Source of the DNA: Gaiellaceae bacterium
GTDB lineage: Bacteria > Actinomycetota > Thermoleophilia > Gaiellales > Gaiellaceae
Length of the DNA: 44,757 nucleotides
Direction: 5' to 3'
Assembly: GCA_036006925.1 (NCBI GenBank)
Contig: DASYPH010000229.1
Location: 1 to 44,757, forward strand
How positions within the stretch are numbered: the stretch's first letter is position 1; each line of letters opens with the position of its first letter. The notes below the pieces were generated by a model. It ran no database searches. It had not been told where the DNA came from and saw only the letters and a list, made by a program, of their open reading frames with translations. This document shows positions 10,588 to 19,585 of the stretch, piece by piece. The position numbers and the translations under genes were made by a program.

Positions 10588-11720
10588 GCGGCGACGGGGG
10601 ACTCGAACGCCGCGAACGCCTTCGCCACGGCGACGCCCCGCTCGATGTCAGCACCGAGCTCGGTCAAGGACAACTCCAGCGCGGCGAGCGCGCTCGCGAT
10701 GTCGAAGACGTCGAACCAGCCGATATGGCCGATCCTGAAGATCTTCCCCTTCAGCTGCGCCTGGCCCGGTGCCAGCGTGACACCGTGGCGCTCCCGAAGA
10801 TGCAGCAGCAACTCATCGGAGTTGACGCCGGCCGGGGCGTGAACAGCGGTGACGACGGCGGCCGTGTCGTCGTCGGGTGAGAAGAGCTCGAGCCCCATCG
10901 CCTTGATGCCTGCTCGCGCGGCCCGCCCGAGTCTCATGTGCCGCTCGAACCCCGCCTCGAGCCCGTCGGCGAGCAGCAGGCCGAGCGCGACATCGAGGCT
11001 CTTGATCAGCGAGACCGCCGGGGTGAAGGCCGCATCGAGCTTGTCCTGCGCCGCCTTGTTCGCCAGCCAGTCGAAGTAGAAGCTGCGCGACTTGCGAGCA
11101 CGTGCGAGCACGTGCTCGGGCACGGAGACGGTGGCAAGACCCGGCGGGCACATCAGGGCCTTCTGGGAGCCCGAGATCGCGACGTCGATTCCCCAGGCGT
11201 CGGTCTCGAGCGGAACCGCGCCGAGCGACGAGATGGCGTCGACGACGAGCAGCGCGCTTCCGACGGCCTCCTTGATCCCCTGGACGTCCGCGACGACCCC
11301 GGTCGAGGTGTCGGACTGCTGGCAGAGGACGATCTCGACGCCTGCCTCCGCCACCGCTGCGCCGACCTCGCTCGGTTCCGGCGACTCGCCCCACTCGTAG
11401 CGGATCGGGTGCACCTCGATCTCGTGCTGCTCGCAGATCGCGACCCAGCGCTCGCCGAACGCACCGTGGCTGACCACCGCGACGCGGTCTCCCGGGCTGC
11501 AGAGGTTCGCGACCGCCGACTCCATCGCGCCCGATCCGGACGCGGTGAAGAGCAGCACGTCGGAGCGGGTGCGGTACACGTCCTGCAGCCGGGCCAGCAC
11601 GCGGGCGTACAACTCGCGGAAGTCGGGCCCGCGGTGGTGGACGATCGGCTCTGCGCCCGCGGCCAGCACCTCGGGCGGGACGGGCGTCGGGCCCGGTGTG
11701 AACAGGTACCGCTTCTCCAC
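10584..11720 (-). CDS. Class V aminotransferase (serine-glyoxylate/phosphoserine aminotransferase type)
   Basis: 378 aa. N-terminal LFTPGPTPVP and an SGSQK lysine motif (ISGSQKAL). A 4-nt overlap with the serA start suggests a role in serine biosynthesis. Confidence 0.88.
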   Translation of the reverse strand: MEKRYLFTPGPTPVPPEVLAAGAEPIVHHRGPDFRELYARVLARLQDVYRTRSDVLLFTASGSGAMESAVANLCSPGDRVAVVSHGAFGERWVAICEQHEIEVHPIRYEWGESPEPSEVGAAVAEAGVEIVLCQQSDTSTGVVADVQGIKEAVGSALLVVDAISSLGAVPLETDAWGIDVAISGSQKALMCPPGLATVSVPEHVLARARKSRSFYFDWLANKAAQDKLDAAFTPAVSLIKSLDVALGLLLADGLEAGFERHMRLGRAARAGIKAMGLELFSPDDDTAAVVTAVHAPAGVNSDELLLHLRERHGVTLAPGQAQLKGKIFRIGHIGWFDVFDIASALAALELSLTELGADIERGVAVAKAFAAFESPVAA

Positions 11721-11779
11721 GGCAGCAACGCTACCGATGGACGCTGACGCCGACGCGCGGCACCGAGCAGACTATCGCC

Positions 11780-12364
11780 GTGGATGTCCTCCTCTCGTTC
11801 GCGGCGGCGCTGGTCTCGCTTCGCCTGGCCGGCCGTCTCCTGAAGGCTCGACGCGTCGCCTGGGGTGCCGGGCTGCTGAGCTTCGCGGCGGCGGCCGGGG
11901 CGATGGCGTGGGGCTCGGCGCACGGGTGGGACAGCGCGTCGTTCCGCGTCTACTACCTGGCCGGGGCCTTGCTCTCGGCCCCGTTGCTGGGCATCGGTTC
12001 GCTGCAGCTGAACGGCCGCCGCTGGGCGGCGCCGCTCGGCCTGCTCTACGTCGGCCTGGCGATCGGAGTGGCGGTCGCGACGCCGTTGCACGGCACGTTC
12101 TCATCGACCGATGTGCCTCGCGCCCAGGATCACGTCGACGTGCTCCCGAGGGTGCTCGCAATCGCGGCCAGCTCGCTCGGCGCCCTCGCCGTCGTCTACG
12201 TCGCAGCGGCGACGCTACGGCGCCGCCCGCTCCGAAACGTCCTGCTCGTGGGGGCGGTCGCGGTGGCCGCCCTCGCCTCCGCGCTGACCCAGACCGCCGT
12301 CGCCGCCGCTGCCGCCGGCTTTGCACTCGCGGCGGGCCTGCTCTACGCCTCCGCCCGCCGCTAG
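11780..12364 (+). CDS. Hypothetical integral membrane protein
   Basis: 194 aa, Ala/Leu-rich with about 5-6 hydrophobic segments. No recognised motif. Confidence 0.55.
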   Translation: MDVLLSFAAALVSLRLAGRLLKARRVAWGAGLLSFAAAAGAMAWGSAHGWDSASFRVYYLAGALLSAPLLGIGSLQLNGRRWAAPLGLLYVGLAIGVAVATPLHGTFSSTDVPRAQDHVDVLPRVLAIAASSLGALAVVYVAAATLRRRPLRNVLLVGAVAVAALASALTQTAVAAAAAGFALAAGLLYASARR

Positions 12365-12411
12365 ATGGTTGATCGGTACTTGCCGTGACGGAATTGCCGA
12401 TCAACCATCTA
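12362..12411. terminator. Long perfect hairpin between convergent genes (likely bidirectional terminator)
   Basis: TAGATGGTTGATCGG (12362-12376) and CCGATCAACCATCTA (12397-12411) form 15-bp perfect arms with a 20-nt loop. The left arm includes the TAG stop of the membrane protein. Confidence 0.55.
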
Positions 12412-12419
12412 CGCCCCGA

Positions 12420-12734
12420 TCACGCAGCCGGCTTCGTGGGCGCTTCCACCGCGTACCAGGCGATGATGCGGGCGGCGAAGTCCTCATCGTTCTCTTCGTT
12501 CTCGCTCTTCTGGAAGACCTTCGTGCGCACGTCGCCGAGGTACTTCGCGATCTCCGCCGGGCCCTTACCGCGCTTCAGCATGCGCCCGACTCGCTGCAAG
12601 TAGGCGTCGTAGAGGTCGGCGTTCGCGGGGTCGTCGTAGACGTTGGCCGGGTCCCAGTGCTCGATCGCGAGCACGCGCAGCTCGCGTAGACCGCGCTCCG
12701 ACCACCAGCGTCCCCAGCGGGTCGGGCTGATCAA
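12420..12734 (-). CDS. Small hypothetical protein (about 84-104 aa), start uncertain
   Basis: The coding-looking C-terminal part is ...EHWDPANVYDDPANADLYDAYLQRVGRMLKRGKGPAEIAKYL...ENEENDEDFAARIIAWY. A TTG at 12734 overlaps the TGA of the upstream propeller gene (TTGA). GTG at 12674 is an alternative start. The 486-aa track ORF is an artefactual extension. Confidence 0.5.
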   Translation of the reverse strand: MISPTRWGRWWSERGLRELRVLAIEHWDPANVYDDPANADLYDAYLQRVGRMLKRGKGPAEIAKYLGDVRTKVFQKSENEENDEDFAARIIAWYAVEAPTKPAA

Positions 12735-13747
12735 TTGAGCGTCACCCAGACGGCACCCTCTCCGGCGGCGATGCCTCGCGGCAGCCGCCCCACGGGAACG
12801 ACCGCCGAGACCCGATTCGTGGCTGCGTCGATCCGCGCCACAGTTCCGTTCCCGCACGCCGTCCACACTGCGCCACCACCGTACGCCAGTGCGAGTGCAT
12901 TCGAGCAGGCAGGGATCCGTGCCGCGATTCCGCCGAGTGAGCGGTCGACCCGCAATACGCTGCCGTCGCTCTCGCTGATCCAGAGCGAACCGCCGCCGAC
13001 GACGACGCCGGTCGGGTTTGCGGGCACGTTCCCTGCTGCAAGGCTCGCGTCGGTGACGAGCGTCATCTCGTTCGTCTGTTTGCCCGTCTTGGTCGACACG
13101 CGGGCGACGCGATCGCCGATGGTCGCGACGTAGTAGACGGCGTCGTCGGCAGCCGCGATCAGGTCGCCGTAGATGCCGAGCGCAACCCGCCGCAGCTCGC
13201 CGGTGGCCGCGTCGGAGCGGGCGGCACCGCGCACGTGCCCGCCGAGGTAGCCCGTCGACCAGACCGCGCTCCGCGATGCGGCGACGAACGACGCGCCGGT
13301 CGACGTGTCGAACGTGCGATCGACGGTGCCGGTCGCCGGGTCGATGCGCTCGAGCTTGGCCTCTTCGAGCGGAGCGCTCGTCACCGTCCGGTCGCGACCA
13401 ACGAACCACACGCCCCCTGCACCGACCGCCAGTCCGTTTGCCGTCGCGTCCGGCTCGAGGGTCGAGACGACCCGATGCGAATGCGGGTCGATGTGCGTCA
13501 CCGTGCCCTCGCCCTTGTTCAGCACCCAGACGCCGCCGAAGCCGGTTGCGACGAGTGTCGGCTGAGCGCCGACACCGACGCGAGCGACGACCTGCGCGCC
13601 GACGGGGTCGATCACCGCGACCGTCCCACCCGGCTCTGCTCCTGCATCGCCCGCGCCGTTCCGCGCGACGAGTACCAGGCCGAGGTCGACCGCCGCGACG
13701 AGAACGACGACTCCGACGACGGCGAGCACCCACCTGGGCACGGTCAC
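12731..13747 (-). CDS. Membrane-anchored/secreted beta-propeller repeat protein (YVTN/NHL-like)
   Basis: 338 aa. N-terminal hydrophobic anchor, then repeated units of about 40 aa of the form G.G.VWV....G.V.RID..T..V...I.VG..P..IA.G.G. Confidence 0.75.
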   Translation of the reverse strand: MTVPRWVLAVVGVVVLVAAVDLGLVLVARNGAGDAGAEPGGTVAVIDPVGAQVVARVGVGAQPTLVATGFGGVWVLNKGEGTVTHIDPHSHRVVSTLEPDATANGLAVGAGGVWFVGRDRTVTSAPLEEAKLERIDPATGTVDRTFDTSTGASFVAASRSAVWSTGYLGGHVRGAARSDAATGELRRVALGIYGDLIAAADDAVYYVATIGDRVARVSTKTGKQTNEMTLVTDASLAAGNVPANPTGVVVGGGSLWISESDGSVLRVDRSLGGIAARIPACSNALALAYGGGAVWTACGNGTVARIDAATNRVSAVVPVGRLPRGIAAGEGAVWVTLN

Positions 13748-13782
13748 GCTCCGAGTCTAGAGCCCTACTACCATGGCCGGAG

Positions 13783-15240
13783 ATGCGGAAGGCTCTGTCG
13801 TTCGCGGCTGCCGGCTCTCTCGTCGCCGCCGCTCTGGTCGCCCGCGCGGGCGGCAGCACGAGCGCGAGCCCCACGTACAACCGCGACGTCGCACCGATAC
13901 TTGATGCGAAATGCGCATCGTGTCACCGGCTGGGCGGGATCGCGCCGTTCCCGCTCACGACCGCCGCCGATGCCCGCGCGCACGCTGACGGGATCGTTCG
14001 GATGACGAGAGCGGGGCTGATGCCGCCGTGGATGCCCGGCGCGGACTCGGCGCCGATCATCGGTCGGGACAGGCGCCGCCTCACCGCGAGGGAACTGCAG
14101 ACCCTCGCACGCTGGGCGGCGGTCGGCGCCCCCACCGGCAACCCCGCCGACCGCCACTCGAAGCCGCGTGCCGGCGCGGGGCTCGGTGGGCCTGGCAGGA
14201 CGATCGTGCTCGCGCCGCCGCGCGCGTACGCGCCGCACGCGAGCGGCGGAATCGACGACTACCACTGCTTCCTGCTCGACCCGGAGTTGAAGCAGGACGC
14301 GTTCGTCACGGGCGCCCTGATCCAGCCGCAACGGACCGGGATCGTGCACCACGTGATCCTCTACGAGGCTGCGGGTGCCCAGGCGACGGCCGCGACGCAG
14401 CTGAATGCGAAGAGCGGCGGCAGAGGCTGGTCGTGCTTCGGCGGCCCTGATCTGCCCGTCGATCTCGCGGCGCCCGGAGCGCTCGACCGCCTCGGCCAAC
14501 CGCCCTGGATCGCAGCGTGGGTGCCGGGCCACACGACGAACGCGCTTCCCGCCGGTACCGGCGTGCTGCTGCACAGGGGCGCCAAGGTCGTGATGCAGGT
14601 GCACTACAACCTGATCGAGGCGTCGGGTCCCGACCGCTCACGTGCCTGGCTGCGCGTTCGCCCCGCGACCACACCGCTGACGGCACTCGCGACGCACCTG
14701 ATCGCCGCACCGGTCGAGCTGCCGTGCCCGTCGGGGGTCACGGGACCACGATGCTCCCGCACTCGGGCGATCGAGGACGTGGCGACGAAGTACGGAGCGG
14801 AGGCGGCGTTCACGCCCTACGCGCTCCTGCGTCTCTGCGGCAAGACGCTCGCGGACTATCCAACCAACGTCGGCATCGGGACGGGGATCACGACTTCCTG
14901 CGACCGGCCGTTCAGCTCGGCGCAGACGATCTACGGGGTCGCCGGGCACATGCACCTGCGCGGACGCGACATCTCGGTCGTGCTCGACCCGGGAACGCGG
15001 AGGGCACGAACGCTGCTGCACATCCCGGCCTGGGTCTTCCACTGGCAGGACGTCTACTACCTGAAGACACCGGTCAAGGTGACAGCCGCCGACACGGTGC
15101 GGGTGACGTGCACGTTCGACAACTCGAAGGCTGACCAGCCGGTCGTCGGCACGAAGCAACTCACCCCGCGCTACGTCGTCTGGGGCGAGGGCACAACCGA
15201 CGAGATGTGTCTCGCGATGCTCAGCGTCGCCGCCTCTTAG
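13783..15240 (+). CDS. Secreted PHM/DBH-like copper type II monooxygenase-fold protein with an N-terminal CXXCH (heme c) motif
   Basis: ATG at 13783 gives a signal-peptide-like N-terminus (MRKALSFAAAGSLVAAALVARA). CASCH at 13912-13926 sits in a PSCyt-like context (VAPILDAKCASCHRLGG...MPPW). Later motifs IVHHVILYE, VMQVHYN, GHMHLRG and TTDEMCLAM match the HH/H and HxH/M copper-ligand spacing of peptidylglycine monooxygenase. Confidence 0.8.
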   Translation: MRKALSFAAAGSLVAAALVARAGGSTSASPTYNRDVAPILDAKCASCHRLGGIAPFPLTTAADARAHADGIVRMTRAGLMPPWMPGADSAPIIGRDRRRLTARELQTLARWAAVGAPTGNPADRHSKPRAGAGLGGPGRTIVLAPPRAYAPHASGGIDDYHCFLLDPELKQDAFVTGALIQPQRTGIVHHVILYEAAGAQATAATQLNAKSGGRGWSCFGGPDLPVDLAAPGALDRLGQPPWIAAWVPGHTTNALPAGTGVLLHRGAKVVMQVHYNLIEASGPDRSRAWLRVRPATTPLTALATHLIAAPVELPCPSGVTGPRCSRTRAIEDVATKYGAEAAFTPYALLRLCGKTLADYPTNVGIGTGITTSCDRPFSSAQTIYGVAGHMHLRGRDISVVLDPGTRRARTLLHIPAWVFHWQDVYYLKTPVKVTAADTVRVTCTFDNSKADQPVVGTKQLTPRYVVWGEGTTDEMCLAMLSVAAS

Positions 15241-16649
15241 CCGAGTTTGCCTCGCACGCGTTCGTTGACCGCGCGGGCGTCGGCCTTTCCGGCCATCTCC
15301 TTCATCACCTGGCCGACGAAGAAGCCGAGCAGACCCTGCTTGCCCGACCGGTACTGCTCGACCTGCTCCGCGTTCGCGGCGAGGATCCGCTCGATCACAG
15401 GATCGAGCTCGGCGGCGTCGGACACCGCCTTCTGCGCGACATGTGAGTCGGCACTGAACCCAGGCTCCCCCACCCTGGCGAGCGCGTCGTCGAACACGGC
15501 ACGCGGGATCGAAGAACGCGCCTGGACGAGCTTCGCGAGCTCAGCCGGATCGACAGCGTCGGGATCCGTGCCGGTCGCCACGAACTGGTTGGCGAGCACG
15601 TTCGCGGTCTCCTTCGCGTCGGCCCCGGCGTCGACGGTTCCGGCCCAGAGCTTGTCGAGCCCGCCCGTCACGAGCACGTCCGCGTCGTAGAAGGAGAGCG
15701 TGTGCGCGAGGCGCGAGATCCGTGCGCCCGGCAGCTCGCCGATCTCGCCGCGGAGACGTTCGACGAGCTCGGCCGGCGGGTGAACGGGGACGAGGTCGGG
15801 CTCCGGGAAGTAGCGGTAGTCCTCCGCCTCTTCTTTCGAGCGCATCGGCGGCGACTCTTCGTGGCCGGGGTCGAAATGGAGCGTCTCCTGCTCGATCGTG
15901 CCGCCCTCCTCGTACACTCGGATCTGGCGCGCGATCTCTCGCTCGATCCCCTTGGCCGCGAAGTTGAACGAGTTCATGTTCTTCAACTCGGTGCGAGTCC
16001 GCAGCTCGGTCGAGCCCGCGGGCCGCACCGACACGTTGACGTCGAACCGCATCGAGCCCTTGTCGAGCTCGGCGTCCGACAGTCCCAGCTCGACGACCGT
16101 CTGCCGCAGCAGTTGCAGGAACCGCTTCGCGGTCTCGGCGTCGCGGAGATCGGGCTCGGTGACGATCTCGACGAGCGGCGTCCCGCCGCGGTTGAAGTCG
16201 ACGAGCGTCGCGGTCGCACCCTGGATGCGGCCCGAGGAGGCGACGTGTACGTTCTTCGCGGCGTCCTCCTCGAGATGCGCGCGTGTGATCCCGACGACGA
16301 TCTCGCCGTCCGCAGTCGGCAGGGCGAGCTTGCCCTTCGCGCACAGCGGTTCGTCGTACTGGCTGATCTGGTACGCCTTCGGAAGGTCGGGATAGAAGTA
16401 GTTCTTCCGGTGGAAGACGGCCCGGTCGGCAATCGTGCAGTCGAGCGCAAGCCCGAGAGAGATGCAGTTCTCGATCGCGCGCCGGTTCGGCACGGGGAGC
16501 GCTCCCGGGAAGGCAAGGCACACCGGGCAGACGTTCGAGTTCGGCGCGTCGCCGAACCCGTTTCGGCAGCGGCAGAACATCTTCGTCTTCGTCTTCAGCT
16601 GGACGTGGATCTCCAGCCCGATCACGGGCTCCCAGGCGGCGCCGGTCAT
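15237..16649 (-). CDS. gatB: Asp/Glu-tRNA amidotransferase subunit B
   Basis: Start [26 protein letters not shown] at ATG 16649, with an ATGA overlap with the gatA stop. 470 aa. The rest of the 660-aa track ORF is a non-coding extension. Confidence 0.95.
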   Translation of the reverse strand: MTGAAWEPVIGLEIHVQLKTKTKMFCRCRNGFGDAPNSNVCPVCLAFPGALPVPNRRAIENCISLGLALDCTIADRAVFHRKNYFYPDLPKAYQISQYDEPLCAKGKLALPTADGEIVVGITRAHLEEDAAKNVHVASSGRIQGATATLVDFNRGGTPLVEIVTEPDLRDAETAKRFLQLLRQTVVELGLSDAELDKGSMRFDVNVSVRPAGSTELRTRTELKNMNSFNFAAKGIEREIARQIRVYEEGGTIEQETLHFDPGHEESPPMRSKEEAEDYRYFPEPDLVPVHPPAELVERLRGEIGELPGARISRLAHTLSFYDADVLVTGGLDKLWAGTVDAGADAKETANVLANQFVATGTDPDAVDPAELAKLVQARSSIPRAVFDDALARVGEPGFSADSHVAQKAVSDAAELDPVIERILAANAEQVEQYRSGKQGLLGFFVGQVMKEMAGKADARAVNERVRGKLG

Positions 16650-18058
16650 CGCAGCCTCGCCGGCACGACGTCGAACCCGAGCGCGCGCTCGAGCGCGTGC
16701 CCGGTGCGGAAGAGGGTGTTCTCGGCGAACTGCGGCCCGATCAGCTGTAGCCCCACGGGCAGGCCCTCCGAGAGGCCGCAGGGAATCGACAGGCCTGGCA
16801 AGCCCGCCATGCAGGACGGAATCGTGAGCAGATCGTTCAGGTACATCGCAAGCGGGTCGCCGACTTTCTCGCCGAGCGGGAACGCGACCGTCGGGCTCGT
16901 CGGCGAGACGATCACGTCGAAGTCGCGGAAGACAGCGTCGTGCTCGCGCCTGATCATCGTGCGCACCTTCTGCGCCGTGCCGTAGTACGCGTCGTAGTAG
17001 CCGGAAGACAGCGCGTAGGTGCCGATCATGATCCGCCGCTTCGGCTCGTCGCCGAAGCCGTCCCGCCGCGTCGCCATCACCATCTCCTGAAAGTCGGCGC
17101 CGTCCGAGCGCAGGCCGTAGCGGGCGCCGTCGTACCTGGCGAGGTTCGACGATGCCTCGGAAGGCGCGATCAGGTAGTAGCAGGCAACGCCGTAGGCGAC
17201 CGAGCGGGGCAGCGAGCATTCGCCGACCTGCGCACCGAGGTGCTCGGCCTGCTCGAGCGCCTGGCGAACCGCATCGCTGACCCCGGGCTCGATGCCCTCC
17301 GCGTCGTTCATCTCGGTGGGCACACCGATCCGTAGCCCTTTCAGATCCTCGGCCGTCGGCAGCTCCACGGTGGGGACATCGACGGTCGTCGTGTCGTTCG
17401 CATCTCGACCGGAGATGATCGAGTACAGGAACGCACAGTCACGGACGTTCTTCGCGACAGGGCCGACCTGGTCGAGTGACGACGCGAACGCGACAACGCC
17501 GTACCTGGAAACGGTGCCGTAGGTCGGGCGCAGACCGACATTGCCGCAGAGCGCCGCGGGTTGCTTGATCGAGCCGCCCGTGTCCGAGCCGAGCGCCCAC
17601 GGTGCGAGGCCTCCTGAGACCGCCGCGGCGCTGCCGCCGCCCGAACCGCCCGGAACGCGTGTCGGATCCCACGGGTTGTGCGTCGGACCGTAGGCCGAGT
17701 TCTCGGTGGACGAGCCCATCGCGAACTCGTCGGTGTTCGTCTTGCCGAGGATCCGCAAGCCGCGCGCCTTGCACCGTTCGATAACTGTCGCGTCGTACAC
17801 CGGGACGTAGCTCTCGAGCATCTTCGAACCTGCCGTCGTGCGGATGCCCTTCGTGCCGATCACGTCTTTGATCGCGATCGGAAGGCCGTCGCCCCCAGGA
17901 TCCCCGGCCAGCGTCAGATACGCGTGCAGCTCGGGGTCCCGCTTCTCGATCGCGGTCACGTAGGCCGCGAACAGCTCGGCGCCGCTGATCTGCCGCGCCT
18001 CGACCAGACGCCACGCCTCTTCTGCGGTCAGCCGCAGCGTGTCGATCGCGCCACTCAC
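16646..18058 (-). CDS. gatA: Asp/Glu-tRNA amidotransferase subunit A
   Basis: Amidase signature GGSSGGSAAAV and [18 protein letters not shown]. The GTG start at 18058 overlaps the gatC TGA (GTGA). Confidence 0.95.
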   Translation of the reverse strand: MSGAIDTLRLTAEEAWRLVEARQISGAELFAAYVTAIEKRDPELHAYLTLAGDPGGDGLPIAIKDVIGTKGIRTTAGSKMLESYVPVYDATVIERCKARGLRILGKTNTDEFAMGSSTENSAYGPTHNPWDPTRVPGGSGGGSAAAVSGGLAPWALGSDTGGSIKQPAALCGNVGLRPTYGTVSRYGVVAFASSLDQVGPVAKNVRDCAFLYSIISGRDANDTTTVDVPTVELPTAEDLKGLRIGVPTEMNDAEGIEPGVSDAVRQALEQAEHLGAQVGECSLPRSVAYGVACYYLIAPSEASSNLARYDGARYGLRSDGADFQEMVMATRRDGFGDEPKRRIMIGTYALSSGYYDAYYGTAQKVRTMIRREHDAVFRDFDVIVSPTSPTVAFPLGEKVGDPLAMYLNDLLTIPSCMAGLPGLSIPCGLSEGLPVGLQLIGPQFAENTLFRTGHALERALGFDVVPARLR

Positions 18059-18339
18059 ACCGGCGGCACTCGAAAGAGGTCGCCGTCGCGGTCCGGCGCG
18101 TTCGCGAATGCTTCGTCGTGCGTCAGGCACGGCTCCGGCTCGTCCTCGGCCCAGGCGTTTTGGATCTCGAGTGGATGGGCTGTCGGCGGCACGTCCGAGA
18201 GATCGAGCTCGGACACCTTCGACACCGCCTCGAGGATCGCCGACAGCTGCTCTTGAAACCTGGCGACGTCGGCGTCGCTCAGTTCGAGGCGCGCCAGCCT
18301 CGCGACCTTCAGCACTTCGTCCCTCGAGATCCCGGCCAT
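18055..18339 (-). CDS. gatC: Asp/Glu-tRNA amidotransferase subunit C
   Basis: 94 aa. [22 protein letters not shown]... is a typical GatC N-terminus. Located directly upstream of gatA. Confidence 0.9.
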   Translation of the reverse strand: MAGISRDEVLKVARLARLELSDADVARFQEQLSAILEAVSKVSELDLSDVPPTAHPLEIQNAWAEDEPEPCLTHDEAFANAPDRDGDLFRVPPV

Positions 18340-18366
18340 CGACTGAATCCTTCCAGGTAACGACGA

Positions 18367-18386
18367 GAGGCTCCTCTCGGAGCCTC
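18367..18386 (-). terminator. Hairpin GAGGCTCC-n4-GGAGCCTC downstream of csp
   Basis: 8-bp perfect GC-rich stem with a 4-nt loop, 26 nt after the csp stop. On the minus strand it is followed by TCGTCGTT. Confidence 0.5.
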
Positions 18387-18411
18387 ACGTCCAGCTTGGT
18401 TCCGAGTAGGT

Positions 18412-18615
18412 CTAGAGCGCCATGACGTTCGCTGCCTGCAGGCCCTTGTCGCCCTGCACGACCTCGAACGACACGCGCTGACCCTCGGTCAGCGACTTGT
18501 AGCCCTCACCGTCGATGGCGGAGAAGTGGACGAACACGTCCGCCTCGCCGTTGCCACGTTCGATGAAGCCGAAGCCCTTTTCGTTCGAAAACCACTTGAC
18601 CGTACCTTCAGCCAC
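18412..18615 (-). CDS. cspA: Cold-shock protein (CspA family)
   Basis: 67 aa from GTG 18615: (M)[17 protein letters not shown] (RNP1) ... DVFVHFS (RNP2). AAGGAG lies 9 nt upstream. About 100 nt of 5' UTR space lies after the folD stop. Confidence 0.93.
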   Translation of the reverse strand: MAEGTVKWFSNEKGFGFIERGNGEADVFVHFSAIDGEGYKSLTEGQRVSFEVVQGDKGLQAANVMAL

Positions 18616-18714
18616 TTCTTCGTACTCCTTGCTGAGATGACTACAAGTCCGCCGTGACCGACGGAGCGGGCGGAACACTAACGGATCAGGAGCTGGTTGG
18701 CTGCGGGCAACCAC

Positions 18715-19563
18715 CTATGGATATGCAAGGTCGCCACGGCGGTAACGGGCACAGCGCACGGCGTTCTCGAGCAGGCAGGCGATCGTCAACGGCCCGACGC
18801 CCCCGGGCACGGGTGTCATCGCGGACGCGACCTCGAACGCGGCCGGATCGACGTCGCCGACGAGGCCCGCTTCGGTGCGGTTCATCCCGACGTCGACCAC
18901 GACCGCGCCCGCTCGGACCATGTCGGCGTCGACGAGCGCCGGCGAGCCGACCGCGACGACGAGCACGTCGGCGGAACGGGTGTGGTCGGTGAGCTCACGC
19001 GTCCGTGAATGACAGACAGTGACGGTGGCGTTCGCCCGCAGCAGCAGGTGCGCCATCGGCTTGCCGACGATCGCGCTGCGTCCGATCACGACGGCCCTTG
19101 CGCCCTCCAGCGGAACCTCGTGCTCGGCGAGCAGCGCCATCACGCCACGGGGCGTTGCCGAGACGATTGCCGGGCGCCCGAGGTAGAGCTCTCCCGCATT
19201 CAACGGGTGCAGCCCGTCGACATCCTTCGCCGGCTCGATCGCACGGATCACGTGCTCCTCGTCGATGTGGTCCGGCAGCGGCAACTGGACGAGGATCGCG
19301 TCGACCTCGTCGGATACGTTCAGCTCCGCGAGCCGCGCGAGCAACGACTCCTCGGACGTCTCGGCCGGGAGCCGGACGTCCACGGCGTCGAAGCCTGCCT
19401 CGTTCGCCGCCTTGTGCTTGAGTCGGATGTAGACCTCTGAGGCGGGATCGTCGCCGACCAGCACGGTGATGAGGCCGACGTGCCCGATCGCGCGGACCTG
19501 TTCGGCCACATCGGCGCGGATCCGGTCGGCGAGCGGCTTGCCCCTCATCGTCGTCGCGCTCAT
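18715..19563 (-). CDS. folD: Bifunctional methylenetetrahydrofolate dehydrogenase/cyclohydrolase
   Basis: 282 aa. YIRLKHKAANEAG, LVQLPLP and TPVPGGVGPLT motifs. An alternative ATG at 19548 gives MRGKPLA. Confidence 0.93.
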   Translation of the reverse strand: MSATTMRGKPLADRIRADVAEQVRAIGHVGLITVLVGDDPASEVYIRLKHKAANEAGFDAVDVRLPAETSEESLLARLAELNVSDEVDAILVQLPLPDHIDEEHVIRAIEPAKDVDGLHPLNAGELYLGRPAIVSATPRGVMALLAEHEVPLEGARAVVIGRSAIVGKPMAHLLLRANATVTVCHSRTRELTDHTRSADVLVVAVGSPALVDADMVRAGAVVVDVGMNRTEAGLVGDVDPAAFEVASAMTPVPGGVGPLTIACLLENAVRCARYRRGDLAYP

Positions 19564-19585
19564 TCGGGGAGTCTAGGCTGGCCCC

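Noticed and set aside
15237-18388. Long N-terminal extensions of the track ORFs for gatB (660 aa) and gatA (580 aa), and likewise for pdxS (401 aa), the PHM-like gene (654 aa), the cNMP-TrxR gene (665 aa), csp (100 aa) and 12420-13880 (486 aa)
   Set aside because: The family-typical N-termini begin at internal starts that form ATGA/GTGA overlaps or have an SD. The extensions overlap upstream genes and look non-coding.
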